Assembly: GCA_964354085.1 (NCBI GenBank)
Contig: CAYGYA010000049.1
Coordinates: 3,887 to 67,886, forward strand
DNA: 64,000 nt
Origin: an uncultured Methanosarcinales archaeon
GTDB taxonomy: Archaea; Nanobdellota; Nanobdellia; Woesearchaeales; SM23-78
Reading direction: 5' to 3'
In this document: piece after piece, positions 39,238 to 49,383 of the stretch
How positions within the stretch are numbered: the stretch's first letter is position 1
How the letters are laid out: every line of letters starts with the position of its first letter
Position numbers and translations under genes: made by a program
The notes under the pieces: generated by a model
Told to the model about the DNA's origin: nothing
The model's database searches: none
The model's input: only the letters and a program-made list of their open reading frames with translations

Positions 39238-40221
39238 ATGTATGATGTAATAACTATAGGCAGCAATACCATTGACTTGTTCGTCCACACAGACCAGTCA
39301 GGAGTGATAGATTTTCATTCCAGAAGAGGAGTAGAGCAATTCCTATCCTACCCTGTCGGCACAAAGATGCTTATTACCAAGCTCTTGCACAACTTTGGAG
39401 GAAATGGAACCAACTCTGCTGTTGCTTTTTCAAGACTTGGGTTAAAAACAGGCTATGTTGGGAAAGTAGGCACAGATGAGAACGGAAGAATAATACTCAA
39501 CCAGTTAAAAAAGGAGAAGATTGACTTTCTAGGGGGCAGGGGCTATGAATCAGGGTTCTCAATAATCCTTGACGCATTTGAAGAGGACAGGACCATCCTT
39601 GTTTATAAGGGATGCAATAATGACCTTAAATTAAAAGAGGTTAAAAAAGCAAAGCTCAAAACAAAATGGCTTTACCTCTCATCAATGCTTGGAGAAAGCC
39701 TTAATACTATGCAGCAAATAGCTGAATATGCAAAGAAGAACAAGGTTAAAATCGCTTTTAACCCGTCAATAACCATACTTGAGAGCGAAGGCCATAAAGC
39801 TATTAATCTTATAAGGTACTCTGACGTGCTGGTGCTTAACAAGGAAGAGGCAGAATCCCTGGTTGGGCATAATGCCCCAGAAATGGCTATCAAAGAGTTA
39901 TTGGTCTACGGCCCAAAGATAGTAGCAATAACAGATGGAAAGCACGGAGCAGTTGCTTACAAGGACGGCTATTATTACAAGATAATGCCTAGCAAGGGCT
40001 TGAAGATTGTTGAGACCACAGGAGCAGGAGATGCTTTTGCATCAACACTAATAGCTGGCATAATACTTGGCAAGCCTTTTAAATTCTGCCTAAAGATGGC
40101 TATTAATAATTCTGAAAGCGTAATTACGCATCACGGAGCCCAGAACATGCTTCTCCCAAGGAAAAAGCTCTATGAAACTGTGAGCAAAGACAAGGGGAAA
40201 GTTGAGAAGAGAAAAGCCTAG
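39238..40221 (+). CDS. PfkB family carbohydrate/nucleoside kinase
   Basis: GGNGTNSA, LNKEEA and ETTGAGDAF motifs. Confidence 0.92.
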   Translation: MYDVITIGSNTIDLFVHTDQSGVIDFHSRRGVEQFLSYPVGTKMLITKLLHNFGGNGTNSAVAFSRLGLKTGYVGKVGTDENGRIILNQLKKEKIDFLGGRGYESGFSIILDAFEEDRTILVYKGCNNDLKLKEVKKAKLKTKWLYLSSMLGESLNTMQQIAEYAKKNKVKIAFNPSITILESEGHKAINLIRYSDVLVLNKEEAESLVGHNAPEMAIKELLVYGPKIVAITDGKHGAVAYKDGYYYKIMPSKGLKIVETTGAGDAFASTLIAGIILGKPFKFCLKMAINNSESVITHHGAQNMLLPRKKLYETVSKDKGKVEKRKA

Positions 40222-40323
40222 ATGTCCCTATTTTCTACGAATAATTTAAATACTAGAAATACCCTATCTTAGGTAATTCATAAGGGTTGAATAGGTAAAA
40301 TATCGTATTAGGGATGGGTTATA

Positions 40324-41712
40324 ATGAGATATATTATTACGCTCAACAATGTGAACCAGTATGGGTTGGAAATGGTTGGTTTCAGGGCAATAGACCTTGC
40401 TAACCTAAGGGAGAAAAGACTTAACATCCCTTTGACTTTTGTTATTAACAACCAGGCTTTTGAGGATTTTATTGCAGAGAATGGCTTAAAGCCAAAAATT
40501 GAGAGCCTTCTCAAGGAGAAAAAGCCAGCAGAAGCTTATCCTGAGATTCTTGAAATGTTCAAACAGGCAGACCTTCCTGGCGAAGTATTGACTGAGATTT
40601 CTGAAGGTTATGATTCCCTGACCATTGAGCCTGGCTCAGATGCCAGCAGCATTGTATCAAAATGGGACTTGCCGTTTGTAAATCTTTTTAGAAGCCCCTC
40701 TTACTTGTTAGCCACAGAAGATAATGAAGGGATAATCCAGAATATAAAAGGGATAGAGGCATTGGCTGCTTCCCTGAAGCATGTCTGGGCTTCTATGTAT
40801 TCCCCTCGCTCTGTTAATTACAGGAGCAAGACAGGCATTAAGAGCGCCTTTGGATTAGGAGTGCTTGTCCAGAAGATGAGACCAGTAAAACAGTCAGCAA
40901 TAGTATACTCTCGCTCTGATGCAGATGAGAAAACCCTTGTTGTGAAAAGCTTTTTTGGCCTGCCTGATTATGGCATTGATAAAGAGATTCTTGGCAAGGA
41001 CTATTATGAAGTAGACCTTAATTCCCTCATGATCAAACAGGCAGAGGTTAATGTGCAGGAGTATGCTATCCAGAGGGATTTTGACACCGAAGAGCTTGCA
41101 GAGAAAGAGCTGAGAGATGATGGTGCAAAGCAGAAAATCAATGACAGGCTGGTGTCAGAGGTTGCCAGGATTACCAAGAGAGCTAAGAGCTTCATAGAAA
41201 AAGATGTTAAACTATACTTCGGAATAAAAGATGATTATATCTTTGTCCTATTGGCCAACAGGATGGTTGCTGGCTCAAAAAATATACTTGAATCTGTAGA
41301 GGAAATAGAAGTGAAGTTTGATGAGAATGGCAAGAAGATAATCAGCCAGAAAAAAGACTTTGTCGCAATGCAGACACAGCCAACACAGGTATTTGCAATG
41401 CCTAAGATTCTTAGCGTGGATGAAGCCAAGGAAGAGCTGTTCAAAGAGGGAAAAATAGAAATCCTTGAGGAAGCCGAAGATGAAACAAAAGAGAAGCTCA
41501 GCCTTCCAGTGCCTCCAGTCCAGGTTTTTGAGGAGAAAACTGCTCAGGAAGAGCAAGTAGACAAAGAGATTAGCCTTTTAGAGGAAGTGCTGCAGATAAA
41601 GGAAATTACTGAAAGAATGGAAGAGCACGCCCTGAACAACAACAAGGAAGCCTATGAAAGGGAAGCAAGGATTCTTAATGACAAGATAAGAAGAGTCAAG
41701 AGAGGAGAATAG
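40324..41712 (+). CDS. Degenerate PEP synthase/PPDK N-terminal nucleotide-binding domain with acidic tail
   Basis: VG..A..L, P.TFVI, RSP, VWASMYS.R and VLVQKM pattern; no His or PEP-binding domains. Confidence 0.7.
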   Translation: MRYIITLNNVNQYGLEMVGFRAIDLANLREKRLNIPLTFVINNQAFEDFIAENGLKPKIESLLKEKKPAEAYPEILEMFKQADLPGEVLTEISEGYDSLTIEPGSDASSIVSKWDLPFVNLFRSPSYLLATEDNEGIIQNIKGIEALAASLKHVWASMYSPRSVNYRSKTGIKSAFGLGVLVQKMRPVKQSAIVYSRSDADEKTLVVKSFFGLPDYGIDKEILGKDYYEVDLNSLMIKQAEVNVQEYAIQRDFDTEELAEKELRDDGAKQKINDRLVSEVARITKRAKSFIEKDVKLYFGIKDDYIFVLLANRMVAGSKNILESVEEIEVKFDENGKKIISQKKDFVAMQTQPTQVFAMPKILSVDEAKEELFKEGKIEILEEAEDETKEKLSLPVPPVQVFEEKTAQEEQVDKEISLLEEVLQIKEITERMEEHALNNNKEAYEREARILNDKIRRVKRGE

Positions 41713-41793
41713 TTATTTTCTTCTATTGGCAATTAATTTTTTTGAGTGTTTTTCTAAACCTTTAAAAAAAGAAAGGGTTTCTTGTGCGATATT

Positions 41794-42756
41794 ATGAACA
41801 AGAAAGCAAAAAAGTGCATGAAGTGCGGAAAAAAGGTTTATTGCTCAAATCTATGCAGAGACCATTTCAGGAATTATTTTGAGAAAAAAGTAATCCGCAC
41901 CATACTGAAGTTTGGCCTGTTCTCAAAAAAAGACAAGATAGCTGTGGCTGTTAGCGGCGGAAAGGATTCAACAGTCTGCCTTTATGTGCTAAAAAAGCTT
42001 GGCTATCCTGTCGAGGCTATTACTGTTGATGCTGTTATTGGCAATTACACCAAGACTAACCTTGAAAACCTGAGAAGCGTGTGCAAGAAGTACAACCTCA
42101 AGCTTCACGAGATTTCTTTTCGAGAAGAATTTGGCATGTCTCTCTGCTACATAAAGTCAGTTAGCCAGAGCAAAGGGCTTAATTATTCTTCATGCCTGAT
42201 ATGCGGGGTTCTGCGAAGATACCTGCTTAACAAATATGCAAAAAAGCATGGCTTTGACTGCATATGCACAGGCCATAATCTTGATGATGAAGCCCAGGCT
42301 TTTGTGATGAATGTTTTCAGGAATGACTTAACCCTTGCCAAGAGGCAGGGCCCAATAACAGGAACAGGAGCTAACAAGGCTTTTGTCAAGAGAGCAAAGC
42401 CTCTTTACCTGTGCACTGAAAAAGAAACAACTGCCTATTCCAAGCTCATGAAATTCCCTGTTAATTATAAGAGGTGCCCTTGCAGCGAAGGAGCTTATAG
42501 GAGAGAATACCGTGACATGCTGAACATTTTTGAAAAAAGGCATCCGCCTATAAAGTATAATATTATCAGCTTTTTCTTGAGAACAATTTATAAGATGAAG
42601 GATTTGGATGAGAAAGCAAAGCAAGAGCAAGGAGATATTAATGCCTGCCAGTATTGCGGAGAGCCTTGCTCCAAGGATGTGTGCAAAAGGTGCGAAATCC
42701 TCATTGCATTAAAAGAGGGCAAAAAGCAAGAACCAATAACCAAAACAAATAAATAG
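41794..42756 (+). CDS. ttuA: TtuA/Ncs6-type tRNA 2-thiolation protein
   Basis: Zn finger, SGGKDS, CLICGVLRR, TGHNLDD, CP and C-terminal Zn finger. Confidence 0.9.
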   Translation: MNKKAKKCMKCGKKVYCSNLCRDHFRNYFEKKVIRTILKFGLFSKKDKIAVAVSGGKDSTVCLYVLKKLGYPVEAITVDAVIGNYTKTNLENLRSVCKKYNLKLHEISFREEFGMSLCYIKSVSQSKGLNYSSCLICGVLRRYLLNKYAKKHGFDCICTGHNLDDEAQAFVMNVFRNDLTLAKRQGPITGTGANKAFVKRAKPLYLCTEKETTAYSKLMKFPVNYKRCPCSEGAYRREYRDMLNIFEKRHPPIKYNIISFFLRTIYKMKDLDEKAKQEQGDINACQYCGEPCSKDVCKRCEILIALKEGKKQEPITKTNK

Positions 42757-42778
42757 TAGAACCCTCATTTCATGCTTT

Positions 42779-43336
42779 ATGATATTCACTTTCCTCCTCG
42801 TATTGCTTGGAATTTTCTTTCTATGCTATGCATTATTTCTGTGCAGAAAGATGATTCTTGTATATGAAAAGCCAATTCATAAAAGAGCAGGCCGAATCAT
42901 GTTATCATTGATAGTCATTTTCTTTGTTGGCTATGTGATGTACATGCTATACAATTACGAGGCATTATTCACTGACTTTCTTGTAAGCCTGCTTTTGTTT
43001 TTAACAGCTTTTTTCATCATGCTGGTGCTCCATGTCAATCACTCTCTTATAGTCCGCCTTACCATGAAGAACCTTGAGCTGAAAGAGTTCAGCGAGCAGC
43101 TATTAATGCAGGCACAATCTGAAGCCTCAAACAAGGAGCGCCTGGAAAACATTAAGAGCATGCTCGAGGACAAGAGCAAAGAGGTGGAAGGAACCCTCAA
43201 CAAAGTCCCATCTTCCCAGCTAGAGCTTGCCAAGAACACTGCAATTGCAGAAGCCAAAAAGGCAGAAAAAGTAGAAGAAACAGAAGCTCATGAAAATACA
43301 CGTAAGCCAGAGTTACCTAGTTTTGATGAACCATAA
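42779..43336 (+). CDS. 3-TM membrane protein with coiled-coil tail
   Basis: Three hydrophobic helices followed by a heptad-rich region. Confidence 0.7.
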   Translation: MIFTFLLVLLGIFFLCYALFLCRKMILVYEKPIHKRAGRIMLSLIVIFFVGYVMYMLYNYEALFTDFLVSLLLFLTAFFIMLVLHVNHSLIVRLTMKNLELKEFSEQLLMQAQSEASNKERLENIKSMLEDKSKEVEGTLNKVPSSQLELAKNTAIAEAKKAEKVEETEAHENTRKPELPSFDEP

Positions 43337-43425
43337 GCCAATTTTCTAATAAGTGTTTTAATTCTTTTCCCTATTGACAATAATCACAACATTTAAAAAA
43401 CATAACCACCAATCCTTTTATTGTG

Positions 43426-43764
43426 ATGAAAAAGAGAGGTAGACCAATCGGCAGCAGCATTCGGCAAAACCTGATTGAGATCCTCTATTTCAGGAAAAAA
43501 ACCTATGGCTATGACCTGTACAAGGATTATTGCGCATTGTTCCCAGAAGTAACTCTCAGGGTAATTTACTATCACTTGAAAAAAGGCATTAGCCTCAAGG
43601 AGTTTGAGCTTGAAGAAGTAAAGATGGAGAAAGGACACTACTCCTGGGGTGGAGAAGCTGAGAAAAAGTATTACAAGCTAGGAGCTAATGCTCATCCAAA
43701 GATTGACAAGAAAGTGAAAGATTTTTTTGAAAGAAGAGAGCTTAATAAAAAAAGAGGTAAATAA
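43426..43764 (+). CDS. Winged-helix DNA-binding protein
   Basis: RGRP, YGYDLY and TLRVIYYHLKKG pattern. Confidence 0.7.
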   Translation: MKKRGRPIGSSIRQNLIEILYFRKKTYGYDLYKDYCALFPEVTLRVIYYHLKKGISLKEFELEEVKMEKGHYSWGGEAEKKYYKLGANAHPKIDKKVKDFFERRELNKKRGK

Positions 43765-43783
43765 TTATTAATTAATCTGGAAC

Positions 43784-44773
43784 ATGATAAGAACCTATCT
43801 GTGCAAAGAGCACAAAGTAATCAAGAACCTTCCTTTGGATAAGATAAAGGCATACCTCAAGGACAAGAAAGCTACGATCTGGGTTGATTTGCAGAAAGCC
43901 ACAGATGATGAATACAAGCAGCTTGAGGAAACATTTAAGTTCCACCCATTATCAATGGAAGATGCCAGGAAATCCATAGAGCTGCCTAAAGTAGAAGTTT
44001 TTGACGACTACATCTTCGTGGTGCTTTACAATTTTTCTCTTGAAAAAGAAAAAAATTATCCTGTAAAGAAAGAGGTTGATTTCTTTCTGGGAAAAAACTT
44101 CCTGGTGACAGTACATGAGCACTATTCTGAAAGTGTAGAGCACCTAGCCATAAGGCTTGAAAATACAAGGAATGGGAAATCCAAAACCGCTGACTTCCTC
44201 ATGCATGAGATTGTGGACCATCTGGTAGATCAGTACTTCCCGGTAGTTGTTCACTGGGAAGATTATATAGAGGAGCTTGAAGCTAATATCATAGCTCATA
44301 AGCTAATGAAGAACGCATTACAGGAGATAACCACCCTAAAAAAACACATCCTGTTCTTCAAGAGAAGCATTGCTCCTCAGAGAGAGGTTATTAACAGGCT
44401 TGCCAGGAGAGAATTCCCTTTTATACATGAACTATCAGGCATATACTTCAGGGATGTTTATGACCACATTATAAGGGTTTATACAGAGCTTGAAATCCAA
44501 AGAGACTTGATAAACAATGCTTTTGAGGCTTACATGTCTGTGCTGACCATACAGATGACTAGGGCTTCCAATAGGATGAACGAGGTCATGAAAAAACTAA
44601 CAATAATAGCAACCATATTCATGCCCTTAACATTCCTTGCGGGAGTTTACGGAATGAACTTCCATTATTTCCCAGAAATAACCTGGAAATACGGCTACCT
44701 TCTGTGGTGGGTTGCAGCAATCATTGTAGGGGTATTAATGTTCTGGTTCTTTAAGAAAAAGAAATGGACATAA
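43784..44773 (+). CDS. corA: Magnesium/cobalt transporter CorA
   Basis: FHPLSMED and PLTFLAGVYGMNF motifs. Confidence 0.95.
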   Translation: MIRTYLCKEHKVIKNLPLDKIKAYLKDKKATIWVDLQKATDDEYKQLEETFKFHPLSMEDARKSIELPKVEVFDDYIFVVLYNFSLEKEKNYPVKKEVDFFLGKNFLVTVHEHYSESVEHLAIRLENTRNGKSKTADFLMHEIVDHLVDQYFPVVVHWEDYIEELEANIIAHKLMKNALQEITTLKKHILFFKRSIAPQREVINRLARREFPFIHELSGIYFRDVYDHIIRVYTELEIQRDLINNAFEAYMSVLTIQMTRASNRMNEVMKKLTIIATIFMPLTFLAGVYGMNFHYFPEITWKYGYLLWWVAAIIVGVLMFWFFKKKKWT

Positions 44774-44783
44774 AGCACTTGGA

Positions 44784-45470
44784 CTAATTTATCTTCTTCA
44801 AAAAACCCATCAGAGCAAACGCTTCGCGTTTCGTCATGAAAGATTTACTAATCATCCTCTTCCAGACTTTCATCTGGGTTTCTTTCTTTTTTACAGTTGA
44901 GAAATCCATCTTTTCCATGGCAGCATTAAGGATCTTTAGTATCTGCTCTTTTTCCTTGCCACCAATTGGAGTGTAAGGAGCCATCATCTCTTTAGTATTT
45001 TTTTCCTTGAAAATCTCATAGAGAAGAACAGCCAGGGAATGGCTCACATTCAAGGCCTTGTAATTCCTGCTTGTTGGTATTGTGACCATAAAATCGCAGA
45101 GCTTGACTTCGTTGTTGCGCAGGCCCTGGCTTTCTCTTCCCAGTATCAGGGCTATTTTTTTATTTTTTATGCCTTTGAGCTTTTGCGCGAGCTGGCTTGG
45201 AGTCATTGGGCTTCTCGGGATATTATAATCAGTTCCGAGCTTTGAAGTCGTGCCAATCAGGTAATCGTATTTTCCTAATATGCTGAAGCCATTAATCTTT
45301 GCTTTATCAAGTATGGTGTTGGCGTTTTTTGCAAACCTTCGGGACTCGTCATTAATCTTGCACTTAGGATTAATCATAACAAGCTCGCTTATTCCAAAAT
45401 TAGCCATGACCCTTGCAACACTACCAACATTTCCAGGGTGCTCAGGCTCGACTAAAACAACAGCAATCAT
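44784..45470 (-). CDS. trmJ: SPOUT RNA methyltransferase, TrmJ type
   Basis: PGNVGSVAR, GRESQGL and ALNVSHS motifs. Confidence 0.85.
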   Translation of the reverse strand: MIAVVLVEPEHPGNVGSVARVMANFGISELVMINPKCKINDESRRFAKNANTILDKAKINGFSILGKYDYLIGTTSKLGTDYNIPRSPMTPSQLAQKLKGIKNKKIALILGRESQGLRNNEVKLCDFMVTIPTSRNYKALNVSHSLAVLLYEIFKEKNTKEMMAPYTPIGGKEKEQILKILNAAMEKMDFSTVKKKETQMKVWKRMISKSFMTKREAFALMGFLKKIN

Positions 45471-45529
45471 AAAACATAAGAATTTATAGGCGGTTTAAAA
45501 AGTTAATTGATTATACCATATTCACTGGT

Positions 45530-46720
45530 TTAAAAAAGAGAAATTATCTTGTTCCATATGTTCGTTAATATTGGGATTATGAATATCAATAGAAGGATGC
45601 CCAGGCTTAGCCTGTTGATGAAGAGCCATATCTTCTTGGACTTGACCTGGTTCTTTATTATTTTGTTCAGGGTTATCTGCAATATCCTGGCTCCGTCTGT
45701 TATGAATATGGGTAGGAAATTAATAAGCCCTATGTTAAATCCTATGAGGAAGAGCCAGAAAAAAAGCTCATTACCCCATCCAAGAACAGTGTATAATACC
45801 TTGTTTACCTGAGTAGGGTTTTTCAGAACTGATTTCTGGTAAACATTGATTCCGAATTGGCCAATGCTCTTGTTTGCAGGGTTTTCTCTTGCAGTAATTC
45901 TTAATTTTTTTCCATCATTTGTGTAAAAGACATGGGTTGTATTGGGCTGTATAACTCCGAGGCTTTTGAAATCATCAACAGTCTCTATTGAAACATTATC
46001 AATCTTAACTATTACATCATAATCTAGTAATCCACTCATGTTTGCAGGCAATCCAGGCGCCACAGTAACTTCTATTCCTCTTGGCATTAGCATTGAGCTT
46101 GTCAATGGTGTTAGCAGAAAACTTAATATTGCGAGGAAAAGAAAGCTTGTTATTATATTAGAGTTCGGGCCTGCTGCAAAAACACTCAGCTGCACGCGGG
46201 CTGGCTGTTTTGCAAGTTTTTTCTCATCAATCTCAACAAATGCCCCTGGTATTGGCCCAAAAAAAGCAAAACCAGTTGACTGTATCCTCTGCTTAAAAGC
46301 TTTGGCAACTATTCCGTGGCTGGCTTCATGGATTATTATTATGACTAACAAGCTAACCCAGCCAATAATCAGCGGGAATTTAATTCCAAGCCCTACAACA
46401 GGAACTCCTGGCAGTATTGGGGCAACTCTCATGACGGCAGGCGCTTTGAGGGTATTATATAGCAAGTCAAACAGGAAGTAGAATATGGCAAGAACTCCTA
46501 TATAGCCCAAAAAAATACCAATGACACCAAGAGTTCTTATGAGCTTTTCCTTGCTCTTAACAAATCTTTCAATGAACTTGACACCTATGCTGGTCCTGTA
46601 AAGAGCAATGACTTTTGCCTGAATATCAAACTTCTTCCTGTTAATATAAATAAGAAGGAAAACACATACATAGAACAATAACACCCACTTGTACTCTGTT
46701 AAAAAACTCACCAAAGTCAT
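45530..46720 (-). CDS. Site-2 protease (M50) with PDZ-like insert
   Basis: HEASH, GAFVE, AAGP and NFLPIFITDG motifs. Confidence 0.93.
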   Translation of the reverse strand: MTLVSFLTEYKWVLLFYVCVFLLIYINRKKFDIQAKVIALYRTSIGVKFIERFVKSKEKLIRTLGVIGIFLGYIGVLAIFYFLFDLLYNTLKAPAVMRVAPILPGVPVVGLGIKFPLIIGWVSLLVIIIIHEASHGIVAKAFKQRIQSTGFAFFGPIPGAFVEIDEKKLAKQPARVQLSVFAAGPNSNIITSFLFLAILSFLLTPLTSSMLMPRGIEVTVAPGLPANMSGLLDYDVIVKIDNVSIETVDDFKSLGVIQPNTTHVFYTNDGKKLRITARENPANKSIGQFGINVYQKSVLKNPTQVNKVLYTVLGWGNELFFWLFLIGFNIGLINFLPIFITDGARILQITLNKIIKNQVKSKKIWLFINRLSLGILLLIFIIPILTNIWNKIISLF

Positions 46721-46767
46721 AATATATACCTAATTAAAGAATGCCTTTTTATTTGTTGTGGTTATTT

Positions 46768-46929
46768 TTACTTCTTCTTAATTGGCCTTAATACATTGTA
46801 GTTGCATTTCCTGCATTTAATTTTGCCAGCCATGACCTTGAGCACAGGTGCCCTTATCTTGGCCTTGCATCGCCTGCATACAAAAATGCTCTTGAAAAGC
46901 CTTCCTTCAGCTTCTGGGAATTTTGCCAT
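46768..46929 (-). CDS. rpl40e: 50S ribosomal protein eL40
   Basis: [27 protein letters not shown]...[15 protein letters not shown], 53 aa; GAGGTG SD; not in the ORF track. Confidence 0.92.
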   Translation of the reverse strand: MAKFPEAEGRLFKSIFVCRRCKAKIRAPVLKVMAGKIKCRKCNYNVLRPIKKK

Positions 46930-47042
46930 CAAAAACACCTCATGTGTTTTTGAGGGGAAAACTCAAAAATCAGCAAATCTTGGATTTGCTGGTTCATCAA
47001 ACAAGAGTTTGATGAAATTTTTAATTTTTGTTGTTTTGCCAT
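46921..47042. repeat. Multi-hairpin palindromic element bounded by 9-bp direct repeats (TTTTGCCAT)
   Basis: Direct repeats 46921-46929 and 47034-47042; four 8-10 bp inverted repeats inside. Confidence 0.7.
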
Positions 47043-47128
47043 AATTTATCACCACAAAAATCATTATATTGTTTTTAGCCAGTCTTTATTTGTTGCAAAA
47101 ATTTTTATTTTTGGACAACCAAAACCGC

Positions 47129-47530
47129 TTAGGCGGTTTTGATTTGTTTCATTACTTTATCATCGAGTATAATCCAGTAAACCACTACTGTTTCTGGCGT
47201 AATCATGCCTTTGAGCTCCTCTGGAATTGCCATGTCAAATATCTCGTAAGTCTCAACGTCCATGACATTAGCCATGTCACCGCTAACGCTCAGGACCTGG
47301 GCGTTCTTCTTGTCAATCACTGGGACGTCAAGCTCTGCGTGGCCAGGAGTAAGCAGCTGCCTTTTCTTGTTGTCAATAATGCCGACAGCCTCAAGCCTGA
47401 CCTTGGAGTGGCCGTGCTTTCCAGGCCTTGAAGTCTGGATTCCTGTCACTGAACAAGCAGCTCCATCAATCACAATATAGTTGCCAATCTTAAAGTTAAC
47501 TGCTCCTTTCCTCTTAACCTCACCAGCCAT
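47129..47530 (-). CDS. eif5a: Translation factor aIF5A
   Basis: SRPGKHGHSK hypusination loop. Confidence 0.95.
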   Translation of the reverse strand: MAGEVKRKGAVNFKIGNYIVIDGAACSVTGIQTSRPGKHGHSKVRLEAVGIIDNKKRQLLTPGHAELDVPVIDKKNAQVLSVSGDMANVMDVETYEIFDMAIPEELKGMITPETVVVYWIILDDKVMKQIKTA

Positions 47531-47638
47531 AATTCTCACCATTAAAACTTGTTAAAAATGATTATATCCCAGAGGATAACCATATATTTAAAAAGCTTTC
47601 TAAAAAGCCTTTAAAAAAGTCTTTAGGGAAAAGTTTAA

Positions 47639-47666
47639 GGGGGATATTCACTGCGTTCAATCCCCC
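47639..47666 (-). terminator. GC hairpin followed by T-rich tracts downstream of trmB
   Basis: GGGGGAT..ATCCCCC stem, then TTTT/TTTTTT runs on the minus strand. Confidence 0.35.
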
Positions 47667-47695
47667 GAACCAATAAAGATAATCTTCAGCTTTAT

Positions 47696-48439
47696 TCAGG
47701 CTTTAGCAATCTTCCATATAGCTTCAAAGTATTTCCTGAAATTATCAGCTATTTCTTTTGAGTGGATAAGGTAAGCAACCGGCTTATCCCTCCATGCAGT
47801 AAACAGAATTTTATCATGATATATGTCTATCAAGGATGGAAGAGGGAAATCAACAAATTTCAATTCCATAAAGGATGGCGGGCTTTCAAAATATTTGGAT
47901 TTCTTAAAATCCAAAGTGGAGATTCCCTTTAGCTTGATTCCTAATTTCTTATAAAAGGCAAATTCTTTTTGATAAAAAGAGCTGGCAATTTCCTGGTATT
48001 CTTCGTCATAAACATAGAAGAAAAGCAGGAAATCCTTTTCTGTGTGGTCCTCAAGCAGGAGGTCATAGGCTGTTTTTAGTCCTGCCATTCCAAGGAATAT
48101 CTCTGAATCTTCTTTTGGCACAAGCCCTCTTATCTTTTCCAAGCTAGGCAATAGTTTCTTTAATAATTCCTTGTTGTCGCTAATCTCCTTTTCTTTTTTC
48201 TCAAGAAAATCTGCTAGCCTGTTAGGTGCTATGGCTTGGAAATGCTTGGTTTTCTCCTTGATAACAAAACTAACAAGGCCTTTATCTGTCAGTCTTTTCA
48301 GTACTTCATAGATTTTTGAATAGGAAATACCCGCTTCCTTCGCAATGGGCCCTACTGTCGAGGTTCCTGATTTTAATAGCGCTAAGTATGCTTTTGCTTC
48401 TCCTTCTGTTAATCCCAGCTTCTTAAGGTCTTCTTTCAT
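47696..48439 (-). CDS. TrmB family transcriptional regulator
   Basis: LGLTEGEAKAYLALL and SKIYEVLKRLTDKGLV motifs. Confidence 0.92.
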   Translation of the reverse strand: MKEDLKKLGLTEGEAKAYLALLKSGTSTVGPIAKEAGISYSKIYEVLKRLTDKGLVSFVIKEKTKHFQAIAPNRLADFLEKKEKEISDNKELLKKLLPSLEKIRGLVPKEDSEIFLGMAGLKTAYDLLLEDHTEKDFLLFFYVYDEEYQEIASSFYQKEFAFYKKLGIKLKGISTLDFKKSKYFESPPSFMELKFVDFPLPSLIDIYHDKILFTAWRDKPVAYLIHSKEIADNFRKYFEAIWKIAKA

Positions 48440-48475
48440 AGGGCATAAATTAGATTATCCTTATTTAAATCTTTC

Positions 48476-48506
48476 TATAATACACCCCTAAGGGGGGCGA
48501 TAATAT
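48476..48506. promoter_or_regulatory. Imperfect palindrome (core CCCCT-A-AGGGG) between divergent TATA boxes, putative TrmB operator
   Basis: GC-rich inverted repeat in an AT-rich divergent promoter region. Confidence 0.45.
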
Positions 48507-48546
48507 ATAAAAATAAAACCATATAACCACTCTTTGGTGATTAAAC

Positions 48547-49365
48547 ATGAAAGCTAAAGATTGGGCAATAAATATATGGAAAAGAGAAGAAAAGAACTGG
48601 GTAAACAGGCAACAGGACCTTAATTACAGGGAATGCCTTGTCCACCCTGCTCTTGAAGAGCAATTAAGAGGGATTCGTACGAATAACGGTGTTTTTGTTG
48701 ATTTGGGCTGCGGAGATGGCACAGAAACAAGGTTTCTTAAGCGGGTTTTGGAAAAAAAAGGCTTTAATCAGTTCTATGGATTTGATATTAACAATGGCTT
48801 CATAAAAAAAGCTCAGGACAGTGGGAAGATAAACAAAGGGATTGTGTTTGATTGCGGAGAGCTTTCAGACCTTATAAAAAAATATGAGCTTTATGAGCGC
48901 GCAGATTTAGCAACATCGTTATTTGTGATGCAGGACGAGCCTAACTGCAAAGGGTTAATTGCAGCAATGCAGAATTACATAAAAAGAAAAGGCGTGCTAC
49001 TTGCAGTCACTGTTCATCCACAGTTCGCAGAACAACTAGCAAGAAAAGATGCATTAAAAATTGATAATGAAGTAGAGAAATCTAAAAAAGATGATTACTT
49101 GTATGCAGCAAAATATCCTATAACAGAAGCCGGAAGGTCTCCATTTTATGTAACCTATTTTCAAAGGGCTTTGTCTGATTATGTCAGAATGCTTGAGAAG
49201 CACTTCCACATTGAAGAAATCAAAGGGCTTAAGCCTTCAAAACAACTGCTTGCTATTGCTGAAAAAGGAAAAATAGCTCCTTTCTTTGAAGAGAAACACA
49301 ATGTCTACTGGCCAAAGATAGCTGAAATATCTTCAACAGTCATAATCAAGGGAGTAAAGAAATAA
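48547..49365 (+). CDS. Class I SAM-dependent methyltransferase
   Basis: VDLGCGDG, GFDIN and VHP motifs. Confidence 0.85.
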   Translation: MKAKDWAINIWKREEKNWVNRQQDLNYRECLVHPALEEQLRGIRTNNGVFVDLGCGDGTETRFLKRVLEKKGFNQFYGFDINNGFIKKAQDSGKINKGIVFDCGELSDLIKKYELYERADLATSLFVMQDEPNCKGLIAAMQNYIKRKGVLLAVTVHPQFAEQLARKDALKIDNEVEKSKKDDYLYAAKYPITEAGRSPFYVTYFQRALSDYVRMLEKHFHIEEIKGLKPSKQLLAIAEKGKIAPFFEEKHNVYWPKIAEISSTVIIKGVKK

Positions 49366-49383
49366 GAGAGTTGATGCCTTAAG

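Noticed and set aside
47588..47640. AAAAG(C/T)CTTT-like reiteration as a tandem repeat or mini-CRISPR
   Set aside because: Degenerate, low complexity and without spacers; better explained as terminator T-tracts on the minus strand
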